Assembly: GCA_038231275.1 (NCBI GenBank)
Contig: JBBRLQ010000006.1
Coordinates: 32,001 to 96,000, forward strand
Source: Polyangiales bacterium
Lineage (GTDB): Bacteria; Myxococcota_A; Polyangia; Polyangiales; Polyangiaceae
Reading direction: 5' to 3'
DNA length: 64,000 nt
Of this stretch, positions 19,613-29,372 are shown piece by piece; the first letter of the stretch is position 1, and the number at the start of each line of letters is the position of its first letter. The notes beneath the pieces were generated by a model, which was not told where the DNA came from, ran no database searches, and saw only the letters and a list, made by a program, of their open reading frames with translations. A program made the position numbers and the translations under genes.

Positions 19613-21741
19613 TCAATTCCCTGCGGCGGTGTACTTGTCGATCCACGAGAGCACCTCTTGGTGCCAGCGCTTCGAGTTCGCCGGCTTCAGGACCCAGTGG
19701 TTCTCGTCGGGGAAGTGCACGAAGCGCGAGGGGATGCCCTTCCTCTGGAGGAGCGTGAAGGTCGCCATGCCCTCGGTGTCGACGACGCGGAAGTCTTTGC
19801 CGCCGTGGACGACGAGTTCCGGCGTCTTCCAGTTCTTCACCAGGTTGATCGGGTTGTGCTTCTGGTACCCTCGGGGTTCTCCCACGGCGTCTTGCCGTGC
19901 TCCCACTCCGGGAACCAGAGCTCCTCGGTGCCGTAGTAGGCCATGACCTCGTCGAGGTTGCCGTCGTGGCACACGAGCGCCTTGAAGCGATCGGTGTTGC
20001 CCTGGATCCAGTTGATCATGTAGCCGCCGTACGACGCGCCGAGCGCCGCCATCCGACTCTTGTCCATGAACGCGTAGCGCGCGAGCGCGGCGTCGAGGCC
20101 CTTCATGAGGTCCTCGTACGGTGCCCCGCCCCAGTCGCCGCGGATGGCGTCGGTGAACGCCTGGCCGTAGCCGGTCGAGCCGTGGAAATCGATCATGATC
20201 GCGACGTAGCCGTGCGCCGCGTAAATTTCGGGGTTCCATCGGTAGTGGAAGTGATCGCCGAACGAGCCTTGCGGGCCGCCGTGGATGAGGAACGCGACGG
20301 GAGCGTGCGCCCCGGCGGCGAGGCCCGGCGGCTTCACCATCCAGCCGTAGACGGTGTCGCCCTTCGCGCCTTTGAACGTGAACTGTTCGGGCTCGCCCCA
20401 CGTGACGGACGCGACGCGCGCGTCGTTGAGGTGCGTGATCGCCTTGGGGCCGCGTCCGTCGAGGCCGGCCGTCCAGATCTCGGTCGGCGCGCGCAAGGAA
20501 TCGTGGAGGTACACGATGCGCCCTTGCGTCGCGACCGGGCCGTGGCTCGAGCCGCCGTCGACGATCGGGGTGGCGGCACCGGTGGTCGCGTCGATCCGGA
20601 AGACCGCTTTGCGGCCTAGGTGATCGGCGCTCGCGAGGAGCGATTTTCCGTCCTTCGACCACGAGAGATCGGCCGGCGAGCGATCCCACGCCTCGGTGAG
20701 GACGCGGGACGTCTTCGTCTTCCAGTCCATGAGGACGACCTTGCGGCGGTCCGACTCGAACTGCGGGCGCGACTGCGCGAGGTAGGCGAGGCGCGTGCCG
20801 TCCGGCGAGAAGACCGGCGTGGCGTCGTCGGCGGGATTGGCGGTCGTGATTGCGCGCGGCTTGGCGCTGCCATCGGCGGGGACGGCCCACAGATCGCCGT
20901 TCGTCGACCAGGCGTCCTCGCGGCCGACCATCTTCGACGAGAAGACGATCTCCTTCCCATCCTTGGCGATGGCGACCTCCTCCATGCCACCGAACGGGCG
21001 CGGCGGCGCGTCGTAAGGGAGGCCCTTCAGAAGGTCGATCGGGGTCGCGCCTTCACTCCACACGAAGAGGTGGTTTCGCTTCCCTTCGTCCCACGAGTCC
21101 CAGTGACGGAAGGGCAACGAGTCGTATGCGCGCACGTGCGACGGATCCTTGTCGTGGGCCTGCGCGCGCTTGGCGCTCTCGTCGAGCGACGCGGCGTCGG
21201 GGTAGACCTCCATCGCGAGGAGGAGGCGCTTGCCGTCGGGGAACGGCGTGACCGCGTCCACGTCGACGGGGAGATCGGTGACCTTCTGCGCCTCGCCGCC
21301 GTCGACCGCGATCTTCCACACCTGCGCGGAGTCGCCGCGTGTCGAGACGAAGTAGATCGTCTTGCCGTCGGGGGCGAAGCGGGCGCCGTGGTCGGTGGCG
21401 GGATCGCTCGTCAGCCTTCGCGCGAAGGCGCCGTCGGTCGCGGCGATCCAGACGTCGCGCTTGGATTTGTTGGCGGCGAGGTCGGGGATGGCGACCGTGA
21501 AGACGACCAGGCGACCGTCCGGTGAGACGTCCGGATCCTCGATCCTCTCGAGTGCGAGCATGTCGTCGACGGCGAAGGGGTGCTTGCCGGCGACCGGCCC
21601 GGTCACCGCGGGATTTCCTCCGGCGGCGACGTCGGTGCCCGGGGACGCGGCGGGCACGTTCGGAGCGCACGCGCCGAGCGCGGCGAGCGCGGACGAGAGG
21701 ACGAAGGAGGCGGACCGGCGGCGAAGCGGGCGCGTTTGCAT
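19613..21741 (-). pseudogene. S9 family (dipeptidyl-peptidase-like) peptidase lipoprotein with a 1-bp frameshift near 19869
   Basis: PD40-like repeats, IHGGPQ, GASYGG nucleophile in ORF 19837-21750; catalytic D (KDFRV) and H (DENHW) continue in the frame ending 19613; probably a homopolymer error. Confidence 0.85.
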
Positions 21742-21771
21742 CGCGCGCACGATACCACGAGGCGCCGCTTC

Positions 21772-22200
21772 TCAGCGCGCGCAGAGGCGCTGGAGATCGG
21801 ACAGGATCCGCTGGCAGCGGGTGCTCGACGGATGACCCCGTCGCTTGCACTCGGCGACCCCCCACGTCGCCGAATCCATGAGAGCGTCGGTCGAGGGCAC
21901 CCCGTTGCATGCCTTCGGATCGGGCGTGGCCACCGCGAAGCAGCTCTCGAGGAAGCCCTTCTCGGCGACCTCACACGCGAGCGACGTGCAGGCCGACGCG
22001 CGACGCGTGGACTCGTCGACGCAGCCGTCTTGGGTCGCGTGCGCGCCGAAGTCGCGGCCGTCCTTCTGCGCCGCCGGCGCGAGCGCGCTCGACTCGTTGA
22101 CCGCGCCTTTGAGCCAGTAGTAGCCGCCCGCCGAGACGCCGACCACGGCGAGGATCGTGAGCAGCCCGGCGCCGAGCACGACCTTCACCCACGTCTTCAT
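21772..22200 (-). CDS. Hypothetical membrane-anchored Cys-rich protein
   Basis: N-terminal TM helix, 8 Cys, typical codon bias. Confidence 0.7.
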   Translation of the reverse strand: MKTWVKVVLGAGLLTILAVVGVSAGGYYWLKGAVNESSALAPAAQKDGRDFGAHATQDGCVDESTRRASACTSLACEVAEKGFLESCFAVATPDPKACNGVPSTDALMDSATWGVAECKRRGHPSSTRCQRILSDLQRLCAR

Positions 22201-22275
22201 GCGGCGGCCTTCATGGGCGGCGATCGTACCTTTGAACGTTCCGTTCGACCGCCGAATGCACTACTCTCGCGAGCC

Positions 22276-22629
22276 ATGCGACGCCTCCTCTCCGCGCTCT
22301 TCGCGCTCGCCTTGCCCACGCTGTCGCTGGCGTGCGGGTCGAGCTTTCCGCAGCCCAACGACCAGTTCGCCGCCGCCCAGAAGGACGTCGGGCGCGCGCA
22401 AGAAGGCGGCGCGCAAGGCGTACCGGAAGCAAAGCTCCACCTCCAGCTCGCAAACGAGAGCCTGGCCAAGGCCAAAGAGCTGATGGACAAGGACAACAAG
22501 CGCGCGGCCAGCCTCATCTCGCGCGCGGGCGCCGAGGCGGAGCTCGCGCTGGCGCTGACGAAGGCGACCGACGCCAAGGCCGACGCGCAAGAGGCCGCCG
22601 ACAAGCTCACCAAGGCGAAGGGAAAGTGA
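22276..22629 (+). CDS. DUF4398-like helical lipoprotein
   Basis: SLAC lipobox; HLQLA...RAGAEAELALA; directly upstream of the OmpA gene. Confidence 0.75.
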   Translation: MRRLLSALFALALPTLSLACGSSFPQPNDQFAAAQKDVGRAQEGGAQGVPEAKLHLQLANESLAKAKELMDKDNKRAASLISRAGAEAELALALTKATDAKADAQEAADKLTKAKGK

Positions 22630-22634
22630 CGGCC

Positions 22635-23489
22635 ATGCGAACGCGCCACGTGTCCTTCCTCCTCGTCGCGATCTCCGCGCTCTCGCTCGCCGCGTGCGGC
22701 GGCGCGAAGCCTCCGCCTGCCGACCTCGTCAAGGCGCGAGCGGACATGCAGCGCGCCAAGAGCTCCGTCGCGATGCAGTTCGCGCCGACCGACGTGCACG
22801 AGGCCGAGCTCGCCCTCGAGAAGGCCGAGCGCGCCGGCCGCGAGGTGCCGGACGAGCCCGACTCGACCGACTTGATGGTGATCGCCCAGGTCAAGGCGCA
22901 GACCGCGATCGCGGTCGGCGAGACGCTGAAGGCGCAGAAAGAAAAGGAGAAGGCGACGCGTGAGCTCGTCGATCGCCTCCAGGGGCTCAAGGGCGATCTC
23001 GAGAAGACCCGCGAGCAGCTCGATCGCGAGCGCCAAGAGACCGCCTCCGAGCGCGCGCGCCGCATCGACGCCGAAAAGAAGCTCTCGGATGCCAGGGACA
23101 CACTCTCCAAGATCGCCCAGGTCAAGGACGAGGACCGCGGCATGGTCATCACGCTCCAGGGCGAGGTGCTGTTCAAGACGAACGAGTCGCAGCTGAAGCC
23201 GGCCGCGATGGTGAAGCTCGATCAGATCGCGGAGACCTTGCGCGGTCAGGAGCGCAAGATCCAAGTGCTCGGCCACACCGACAACCAGGGCGGCGCCGGC
23301 ACGCACAACCAGCAGCTGAGCGAGCGTCGCGCGAGCGCCGTGCGCGACTACTTGGTCTCGAAGGGCATCCCGTCGGATTTGATTCGCGCGGAGGGCAAGG
23401 GGCCGTCGGCGCCGATCGCCGACAACAGCAGCATCGACGGCCGCGCCCAGAACCGCCGCGTCGAGATCGTCGTCGAGCCGAAGCGCTAG
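22635..23489 (+). CDS. OmpA-family peptidoglycan-binding lipoprotein with coiled coil
   Basis: LAAC lipobox, GHTD, NQQLSERRA, NRRVEI. Confidence 0.92.
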   Translation: MRTRHVSFLLVAISALSLAACGGAKPPPADLVKARADMQRAKSSVAMQFAPTDVHEAELALEKAERAGREVPDEPDSTDLMVIAQVKAQTAIAVGETLKAQKEKEKATRELVDRLQGLKGDLEKTREQLDRERQETASERARRIDAEKKLSDARDTLSKIAQVKDEDRGMVITLQGEVLFKTNESQLKPAAMVKLDQIAETLRGQERKIQVLGHTDNQGGAGTHNQQLSERRASAVRDYLVSKGIPSDLIRAEGKGPSAPIADNSSIDGRAQNRRVEIVVEPKR

Positions 23490-23587
23490 AAGCGCTAGAC
23501 GAGATCCGCAGTCGCCGCGATCCAGGGTCCGGATCCAGAGGGGGCCGCACTTCTCGCGCGCTGCCGTATTTTTCCGCCGTTCGGGCA

Positions 23588-23603
23588 TGGTCCAACATTT
23601 GCC
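23588..23603 (+). promoter_or_regulatory. Sigma54-type promoter, ATG 14 nt after the -12 C
   Basis: TGGTCCAACATTTGCC = TGG-N8-TTGC. Confidence 0.55.
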
Positions 23604-23615
23604 TACATTGGCGCC

Positions 23616-24398
23616 ATGCACCGTGCGTTCGCGTTTCTTGCTCCGCTAACCGCTGCCCTCGTGCACTGCGGCGGAGCGAACGACGTCACGGCACCGGACG
23701 ACGAAGCCGCCGCGGTGAGCGCCGGGCACGTCAACGGAGGCGAGACCGGCGCGATGGTTCGCGAGACGACCCCCGCCGGCTTCACGCGCATCGACGGAAC
23801 GTGGACGGTGCCCGACTACGATCCGTCGCAGAAGGGCGAGCCGTGGATCTACTGCGGTTTCGGCGACGAGGGCTCCCTCGACATGGAGATCGGCTTCGCG
23901 TTCCAGAAGGGGGACGGCTCCGCCGAGAAGCCGCACAGGTATCTGCCGTACATGCGGAAGGGGAAGAATTTCTCGTTCGGCGACGAGACGACACGCGTGC
24001 TCCCGGGGGACACGTTCGTGTTCGCGGCGTGGCTCGATCGCGCAGGCGTGCACGCGTCGAAGGACGGCGCGACGCTGACGTTCCACGGCCCCGACGGCGC
24101 GATCGACGCGATGCCGATGCCAGCGCTCGCGCCGTCGCAGACGCATGTGCGCCGCGTCGTCGGCCAGGCGCTGGCGACGACGTACCACGGCGAGGCGTTG
24201 GGGACGCTCGGACCGGTGACGTTCGCCGGCACGACGGCGACCGCAGCAGACGGGACCACGTCGCCGTTTCATCGAGTGAGCACCTGGAAGCAGATGCGGC
24301 ACGGCACCCTCTACGGCTCGGTGAAGCTCCCCGCGAGCGGCGCTCATCACACCTACGACGCGACGAACGACATCGACGTCATCTCGCTCTTCCCGTGA
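23616..24398 (+). CDS. Hypothetical secreted beta-rich lipoprotein
   Basis: LVHC-GG lipobox-like; coding bias; no family recognised with confidence. Confidence 0.7.
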   Translation: MHRAFAFLAPLTAALVHCGGANDVTAPDDEAAAVSAGHVNGGETGAMVRETTPAGFTRIDGTWTVPDYDPSQKGEPWIYCGFGDEGSLDMEIGFAFQKGDGSAEKPHRYLPYMRKGKNFSFGDETTRVLPGDTFVFAAWLDRAGVHASKDGATLTFHGPDGAIDAMPMPALAPSQTHVRRVVGQALATTYHGEALGTLGPVTFAGTTATAADGTTSPFHRVSTWKQMRHGTLYGSVKLPASGAHHTYDATNDIDVISLFP

Positions 24399-24413
24399 GC
24401 GCTCTATTTTACA

Positions 24414-24454
24414 TGCTATTTTTTTAGCACGTACTACTTGCTAAAATTTTAGCA
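24414..24454. promoter_or_regulatory. Twin palindromic operators TGCTA-N6-TAGCA upstream of the BlaI-like repressor
   Basis: TGCTATTTTTTTAGCA 24414-24429 and perfect palindrome TGCTAAAATTTTAGCA 24439-24454. Confidence 0.8.
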
Positions 24455-24472
24455 CCGGACTACTCCTCGGGC

Positions 24473-24865
24473 ATGGTGAAGGCTACGGGGACGCAGGCGC
24501 TCACGCGCCGTGAGCGCCAGATCATGGACATCCTCTACCGGCGCGGTCGCGCGACGGCGCACGACGTGCTGGAGGACATCGCTGATCCGCCGACGTACTC
24601 GTCGGTGCGAGCGCTCCTGCGCCTGCTCGAAGAGCGCGGGCACGTGAAGCACGCGCAGGAGGGGCAGGCCTACGTGTACTCGCCGGCCGTGGCGCGGGGC
24701 GACGCACGGAAGAGCGCGCTCGCGCACCTGGTGCGGACGTTCTTCGCGGGCTCGGTGGAGCAGGCCGTCGCGACGCTCGTGGAGTCGTCGCGGACGAAGC
24801 TCTCCGCCGAAGAGCTCGATCGCCTCGCGGACGTCATCGATCGCGCGAAGAAAGAAGGACGCTGA
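24473..24865 (+). CDS. BlaI/MecI/CopY family repressor
   Basis: LTRRERQIMDILY, YSSVRALLRLLEERG, FFAGS. Confidence 0.92.
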   Translation: MVKATGTQALTRRERQIMDILYRRGRATAHDVLEDIADPPTYSSVRALLRLLEERGHVKHAQEGQAYVYSPAVARGDARKSALAHLVRTFFAGSVEQAVATLVESSRTKLSAEELDRLADVIDRAKKEGR

Positions 24866-26904
24866 TGAACCTGGAACCGATGCTCGTCGGCGCGCTTCGA
24901 GGCGCGCTCCTCCTCGGCGCGGCACTCGTGGCGATGCCGCTCCTGCGTCGCGCGCCGGCCGCCGTGCGGCGTTCCGTCCTCGCGGTCGCGCTGGTCGGGG
25001 CGCTGGCGGTTCCGGCCCTCTCCGCGGTGCTGCCGGTCTGGCGGGTGGCGCCACGCATCACGGCGCCGGCGCCGCTCGGCTTCACGATCGCGGAGCCGGT
25101 CGTGATCGGCGATCCGCCAACATCGACCGTAGAACGAGGCACGACCATCGCGAAGGCGCCGACACCGGAGGCCGCGACGAATGTGGACGCAGCGCCGTTT
25201 CTCTTCGCCGCGTGGGCGTTCGGGGCGCTCATGGTCCTCGCGCGTCTCGGGGTTGGGCTCTGGCGATCGCGCGCGATGGTGCGGCGCGGGGCGCCTGCGC
25301 CCGCGTGGGCGCTGTCCGCGCGCCGCGCCGAGGCGACCACGCGCCGACGCGCCGATGTTCGCGTAACGCGGGAGCTGGAAGCGCCTGCGGTCACCGGCGT
25401 CTTCGCGCCCGTCGTCCTCGTGCCGCGCGCGTCGTGGTCATGGAGCGAAGAGCGGCGGTACGCGACGCTCCTCCACGAGCTAGCGCACGTCGCGAGCGCG
25501 GACTGCCTCGTCCAAATCGTGGCGCAGGTGGCGTGCGCGATGCACTGGTTCAACCCGCTCGCGTGGCTGGCGGTGCGGCGCCTGAAAATCGAGCGCGAAC
25601 TCGCGGCGGACGACGCGGTCCTGCGCGCGGGCACGCGGGCGTCGACGTACGCCGAAGATCTCCTCGCGATCGCAGGCGCGCTGTCCGGCGGGCGGGCGCG
25701 GCAAGTGCCCGCGGGCTCGCTCGGGATGGCCGAGCCGTCGCAGTTGGCCGTGAGGGTGTCGGCGATCGTCGAGGCGAATCGCCCGCGCGCGCCGCTGTCT
25801 CGCGCGACGCGCGCGCTCCTCTCGGGGTGCGGCGCGGCCATCGTCGTCGCGACGGCGTGCGCGTCGCCGCAGACCGCGACATCGCCTGCGACCGCGCCGA
25901 CCCTTCACGCGGCGGGGGCATCGGCGGCAGCGACGACGCCAGCCCCGAGCGGCGGCTCGACGATCGATCCGAAGCTCCAGTCGATCGCGGACGTCGAGCT
26001 GGACAAGGCGATGGCCGAATGGCACGCCGCGGCGGGCGCGGTGCTCGTGCTGGATCCGGCGACGGGGGAGATCCTCGCGAACGCCGGACGCGCGCACGGC
26101 GCTCGTGCGGACGTGGCGGTCGGCACGGCGTACATCACCGGCAGCACGCTCAAGGCGGTGACGCTCGCGGCGGCGCTCGAGGACGGCGTGGTGTCGCCGA
26201 CCGAGCGAATCGACTGCGGCAACGGCGCGTGGACGTACCAGGGCCAGCTCATGCACGACGCGTCGCCGAACGGGACCCTCTCGATCGCGGAGATGCTCGC
26301 CGTCTCGACGAACGTCGGCTTCACGAAGATCTTCGACCGCCTCGGTGGGGCGCCGCTCGAAAATTGGCTGCGCGCGTTCCACTTCGGAACGGCCCCCGCG
26401 ATCGAAGGCGCTGCCAGCGGGCAATTGCCCACACGAATCGAGGATCATTCGTACGCCGGGGCCGTGGCCGCCATCGGCGAGGTCGTGACGGCCAGCCCCG
26501 TGCAAATCGCCGCCGCGTATGCGGCGATCGCGAACGGCGGCGAGTACGTCGCACCGACCGCGACCAAGCGCAGCGGCACGGCGCCGCGCGAGCGCATCAT
26601 GAAGCCAGAGACGGCGCGGACGATGATCTCGATGCTCGAATCATCCGTGAGCGACGAGAAGGCGACCGGAAAGCGTGCGCGCGTCGCGGGGGTGCGTGTA
26701 GCCGGAAAGACGGGGACCGCGGGCTGGACACTCCCGAGCGGCGGCGAAGGCGTCTACGCGAGCTTCGTCGGCTTCGTCCCGGCGAACGCGCCGCGTTACG
26801 TCGTGCTGGTCGGCCTCGAGCAGCCGCGCGAGGGTGGCAATGGCGGGTCGGCGGCCGCGCCGGTGTTCGCGCGCGTCGTGACCAGGGCGCTCGGCGGAAG
26901 CTGA
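24865..26904 (+). CDS. M56 metallopeptidase fused to a penicillin-binding transpeptidase domain (BlaR1-like)
   Basis: TM helices, HELAH, HWFNPL, ERELAAD; then TIDPKLQ, GSTLK (SxxK), STN (SxN), KTGT. Confidence 0.88.
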   Translation: MNLEPMLVGALRGALLLGAALVAMPLLRRAPAAVRRSVLAVALVGALAVPALSAVLPVWRVAPRITAPAPLGFTIAEPVVIGDPPTSTVERGTTIAKAPTPEAATNVDAAPFLFAAWAFGALMVLARLGVGLWRSRAMVRRGAPAPAWALSARRAEATTRRRADVRVTRELEAPAVTGVFAPVVLVPRASWSWSEERRYATLLHELAHVASADCLVQIVAQVACAMHWFNPLAWLAVRRLKIERELAADDAVLRAGTRASTYAEDLLAIAGALSGGRARQVPAGSLGMAEPSQLAVRVSAIVEANRPRAPLSRATRALLSGCGAAIVVATACASPQTATSPATAPTLHAAGASAAATTPAPSGGSTIDPKLQSIADVELDKAMAEWHAAAGAVLVLDPATGEILANAGRAHGARADVAVGTAYITGSTLKAVTLAAALEDGVVSPTERIDCGNGAWTYQGQLMHDASPNGTLSIAEMLAVSTNVGFTKIFDRLGGAPLENWLRAFHFGTAPAIEGAASGQLPTRIEDHSYAGAVAAIGEVVTASPVQIAAAYAAIANGGEYVAPTATKRSGTAPRERIMKPETARTMISMLESSVSDEKATGKRARVAGVRVAGKTGTAGWTLPSGGEGVYASFVGFVPANAPRYVVLVGLEQPREGGNGGSAAAPVFARVVTRALGGS

Positions 26905-26915
26905 AGCGCCCGCGA

Positions 26916-26964
26916 CGAACGGTCGCCGACTGCGCGCGAACGGTCGCGACACGCGATCCGAACG
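26916..26964 (+). promoter_or_regulatory. Direct repeats with 21-22 bp period (LytTR-like architecture)
   Basis: CGAACGGTCGC at 26916 and 26937, partial CGAACG at 26959. Confidence 0.5.
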
Positions 26965-26998
26965 CCCAGTGCTTTCGTGCCCCGACCGTCCAACGGTC

Positions 26999-28192
26999 AT
27001 GCACGCGATTTCCCGCGCGCGTCCCGGTCGGACGCTTGCCCTCGGACGCTGGACGGTCCCTGCGACGCTGGCCGCCACGTGGATCGTGTTCCGCGCCTTG
27101 CTCGTCGCGCACGGCGGCGAGATCGGCGAGGCCCGTGAGCTCTCCGTGGCCGGGCACCGCGTCGCCGCGCTCCTCTTCCGCGGCGACGTCCGCTCGCGAA
27201 CGCTCGTGGTCGTGGTACACGGCGGCCTCGCAACGAAGGAGACGCTCGTGCCGCTGTGCTGGGAGGTCCGCCGGCGCGGCGCCGATTGCGTCGCGGTGGA
27301 CGCGCTCGGACACGGCGGGTCGAGCGCGCTGCCGCCACGCAACACCCTCGAAGAAGTGCGTCGGGCGCTACGTGTCGATCGCGCGCTCGGGGGGTACGAC
27401 GACGTCCGCTTCGCCGGCCACTCGATGGGCGCCTACCTCGGCTGCGGCGCCGTCTTCCCCTGCGAGCGTTCCGTCTCGATCGGACAGGTCGTCAGCTGCG
27501 CGCCTTCGCGCATGGTCTTCGGCTCGGTCCACCGCACGCTCGGTCTCCCGGACGTCTTCTATCTCCCGGTCTCGCACGTGCTCGAGCCGTGGACGCCCTC
27601 CGTCATCGACGCCGCGGCAGACAAGTTGCTGCCCGGCACGGGCACCCGCGGCACGGGCACGCCCGCTGTCGCGCGCGACGTCGTGCTCGCGTGGACTTCG
27701 CTGGCGGTGATGATCGCGCTCGGTCTCGTCGTGGCGCGACGCGTTCGGAGCGCGTCGATGGCGTCGCCGACGGTCCGTGCCTTCGCGGCGGCCGGGATCG
27801 TGTGGACGGCGCTCGTGGTCGGCGCGACGCGCACGCTGTGGATGCTCGTCCCGACGCAGCTCGGCGACGTCGCGATCATGGGGGCCGTCGTCGCCGCTTC
27901 CCTAGGCCTCGTGTCCGTCCTCCGCGCCGCGGGAGCGCGCCACCCGCTCACGGGGGTCGTCGGCGCGTGGATCGCCTCCGAGATCGTCGCCATCACCGCG
28001 TGGGCCCTCTGTCATACACCCGTCGTGAACCACCTCGTGATCCTGCTGCCCCTCCTCAACGTGCCGCTCGGGGCGGTGGTGGGCACGTGGGAACGCCTCT
28101 CACGTGGCGCCGACCACGACACCCTTGCGAGTGCGGCCTTCGTCGCGGCGATCCATGGTGGCTTCCTCGCGCTGCTCCTGCCCGCGGGGTGA
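26999..28192 (+). CDS. Alpha/beta hydrolase with C-terminal multi-TM region
   Basis: VVHGG, DALGHG, GHSMG nucleophile elbow, SHVLEP; about 5 hydrophobic helices at the C-terminus. Confidence 0.75.
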   Translation: MHAISRARPGRTLALGRWTVPATLAATWIVFRALLVAHGGEIGEARELSVAGHRVAALLFRGDVRSRTLVVVVHGGLATKETLVPLCWEVRRRGADCVAVDALGHGGSSALPPRNTLEEVRRALRVDRALGGYDDVRFAGHSMGAYLGCGAVFPCERSVSIGQVVSCAPSRMVFGSVHRTLGLPDVFYLPVSHVLEPWTPSVIDAAADKLLPGTGTRGTGTPAVARDVVLAWTSLAVMIALGLVVARRVRSASMASPTVRAFAAAGIVWTALVVGATRTLWMLVPTQLGDVAIMGAVVAASLGLVSVLRAAGARHPLTGVVGAWIASEIVAITAWALCHTPVVNHLVILLPLLNVPLGAVVGTWERLSRGADHDTLASAAFVAAIHGGFLALLLPAG

Positions 28193-28301
28193 CCGCGCAA
28201 GTGACGAGCGCTTGCGCCCTTCGCGGGCATCGCGATCGCGGCGCTCGTTCTCCTCGCGGCGAGCGTCTCCGTCGCGATCTCGACTAACCTCCAGTGGGTC
28301 G

Positions 28302-29372
28302 CTAAGGCTGACGGCTCGCCGCGACCAGGCGCGGGAGATCTTTCACCAGCGCGGTGACGTACGCGCTCGTGAAGCGTGTCGCCGAGGCGCGCGTGAGATG
28401 CGACCATTCCGGCGTGTCGAGGCCCTGCATCTCGGCGTAGTCCTCGAAATGCACGCCGCGCGAGCGCGTCTCGCGGAGGAGCACGTCCCAGCCCTTCTCG
28501 CGCGGCACGCGGATGCGCTCGTTTTCGCGCACCGGTCCGCCCGACGGCGAACGCACGAAGACCACGTCCCCGCCGCGCGCGCGGATCTTCTCGGCGTCCC
28601 TCGTCGCCTGCGCGACGGTCTTGGCGATGACGTCGTCGGGCGCCGGCACACCCTTGAAATCGTGCCACGCCAGGCGCGCGTGCTCGCGCAGGTACGGATC
28701 GGTCTCGATGCGCGACCACATGACGGTCTGGCGGTCGCCGAGGTTCTCCGAGAGCTTCCACACATCCGCGTACGGCCCCTCGATCGTCCCGCGGTTCGGG
28801 ATGCGCCGCCGCTCGAGGAGCGCGAAGAGCGAATAGTTGTCGTCGAGGAACGCGACGTGGCGGGACAGCTCCTCGTGCAGGGCATGCCCGCTTCGCTGCG
28901 ACGGCGACTGCGTCCGCGCGTGCGCGAGCGCCTTGCCGAAGAGCCCCGCGCGCCCGCCGAAAAATTGCGTATCCGTCACGCCGACGACGACGACGCCGGC
29001 GAAGTGCTCGTCGTCGGCGATGTCGGTGAGGAAGGCGTTCGGCGGCGTCCCCTGGAGCGCCAGCTGGATCGGGCGGCGGCCGGTGATCTCCTGCCAGACG
29101 TCGAGATCGGTGTCGAAGAGGATGCGCGAGCTGCCGACGAGGACGACGCTGTCACACGGCCCTTCGTCGACCTTTCGGCGCTCGGTCGCCCAATGGTCCA
29201 CGCCGTCGCCGAGATCGCCGGCGCGAAGGCCGAGCGACCGCATCTCGAGCTCCCACCCCACCATCGCGCCGACCGCGAGCACCGCCGCGAGCGCGCCGGC
29301 GCGTCCCCACGCGAGCTTCGGGACCTCGCGCTCGAACGCGCGCGGCTCAGAACTGGAAGTAGATGAAGCCAT
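28302..29372 (-). CDS. Membrane-anchored SGNH/DltD-like partner of the MBOAT protein
   Basis: N-terminal TM, VLVGSSR block I, C-terminal EWSHL; overlaps MBOAT 3' end. Confidence 0.65.
   Translation of the reverse strand: MASSTSSSEPRAFEREVPKLAWGRAGALAAVLAVGAMVGWELEMRSLGLRAGDLGDGVDHWATERRKVDEGPCDSVVLVGSSRILFDTDLDVWQEITGRRPIQLALQGTPPNAFLTDIADDEHFAGVVVVGVTDTQFFGGRAGLFGKALAHARTQSPSQRSGHALHEELSRHVAFLDDNYSLFALLERRRIPNRGTIEGPYADVWKLSENLGDRQTVMWSRIETDPYLREHARLAWHDFKGVPAPDDVIAKTVAQATRDAEKIRARGGDVVFVRSPSGGPVRENERIRVPREKGWDVLLRETRSRGVHFEDYAEMQGLDTPEWSHLTRASATRFTSAYVTALVKDLPRLVAASRQP

Noticed and set aside
22197..22214. Mini-ORF MKAAA (minus) overlapping the start of the 22200 gene, preceded by TACGAT
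   Set aside because: Five codons, and its GAAGG can simply act as the RBS; cannot be distinguished from chance.
23481..23498. 9-bp tandem duplication AAGCGCTAG at the ompA stop, possible IS excision scar
   Set aside because: No IS remnants or terminal repeats; slippage explains it equally well.
23616..24398. Glutamic peptidase (G1)-like call from the GTWTVP motif
   Set aside because: One short motif only; catalytic residues not identifiable by eye.
28190..28300. Hydrophobic stretch FAGIAIAALVLLAAS after the hydrolase stop, possible gene remnant
   Set aside because: No in-frame start and too short to support a call.
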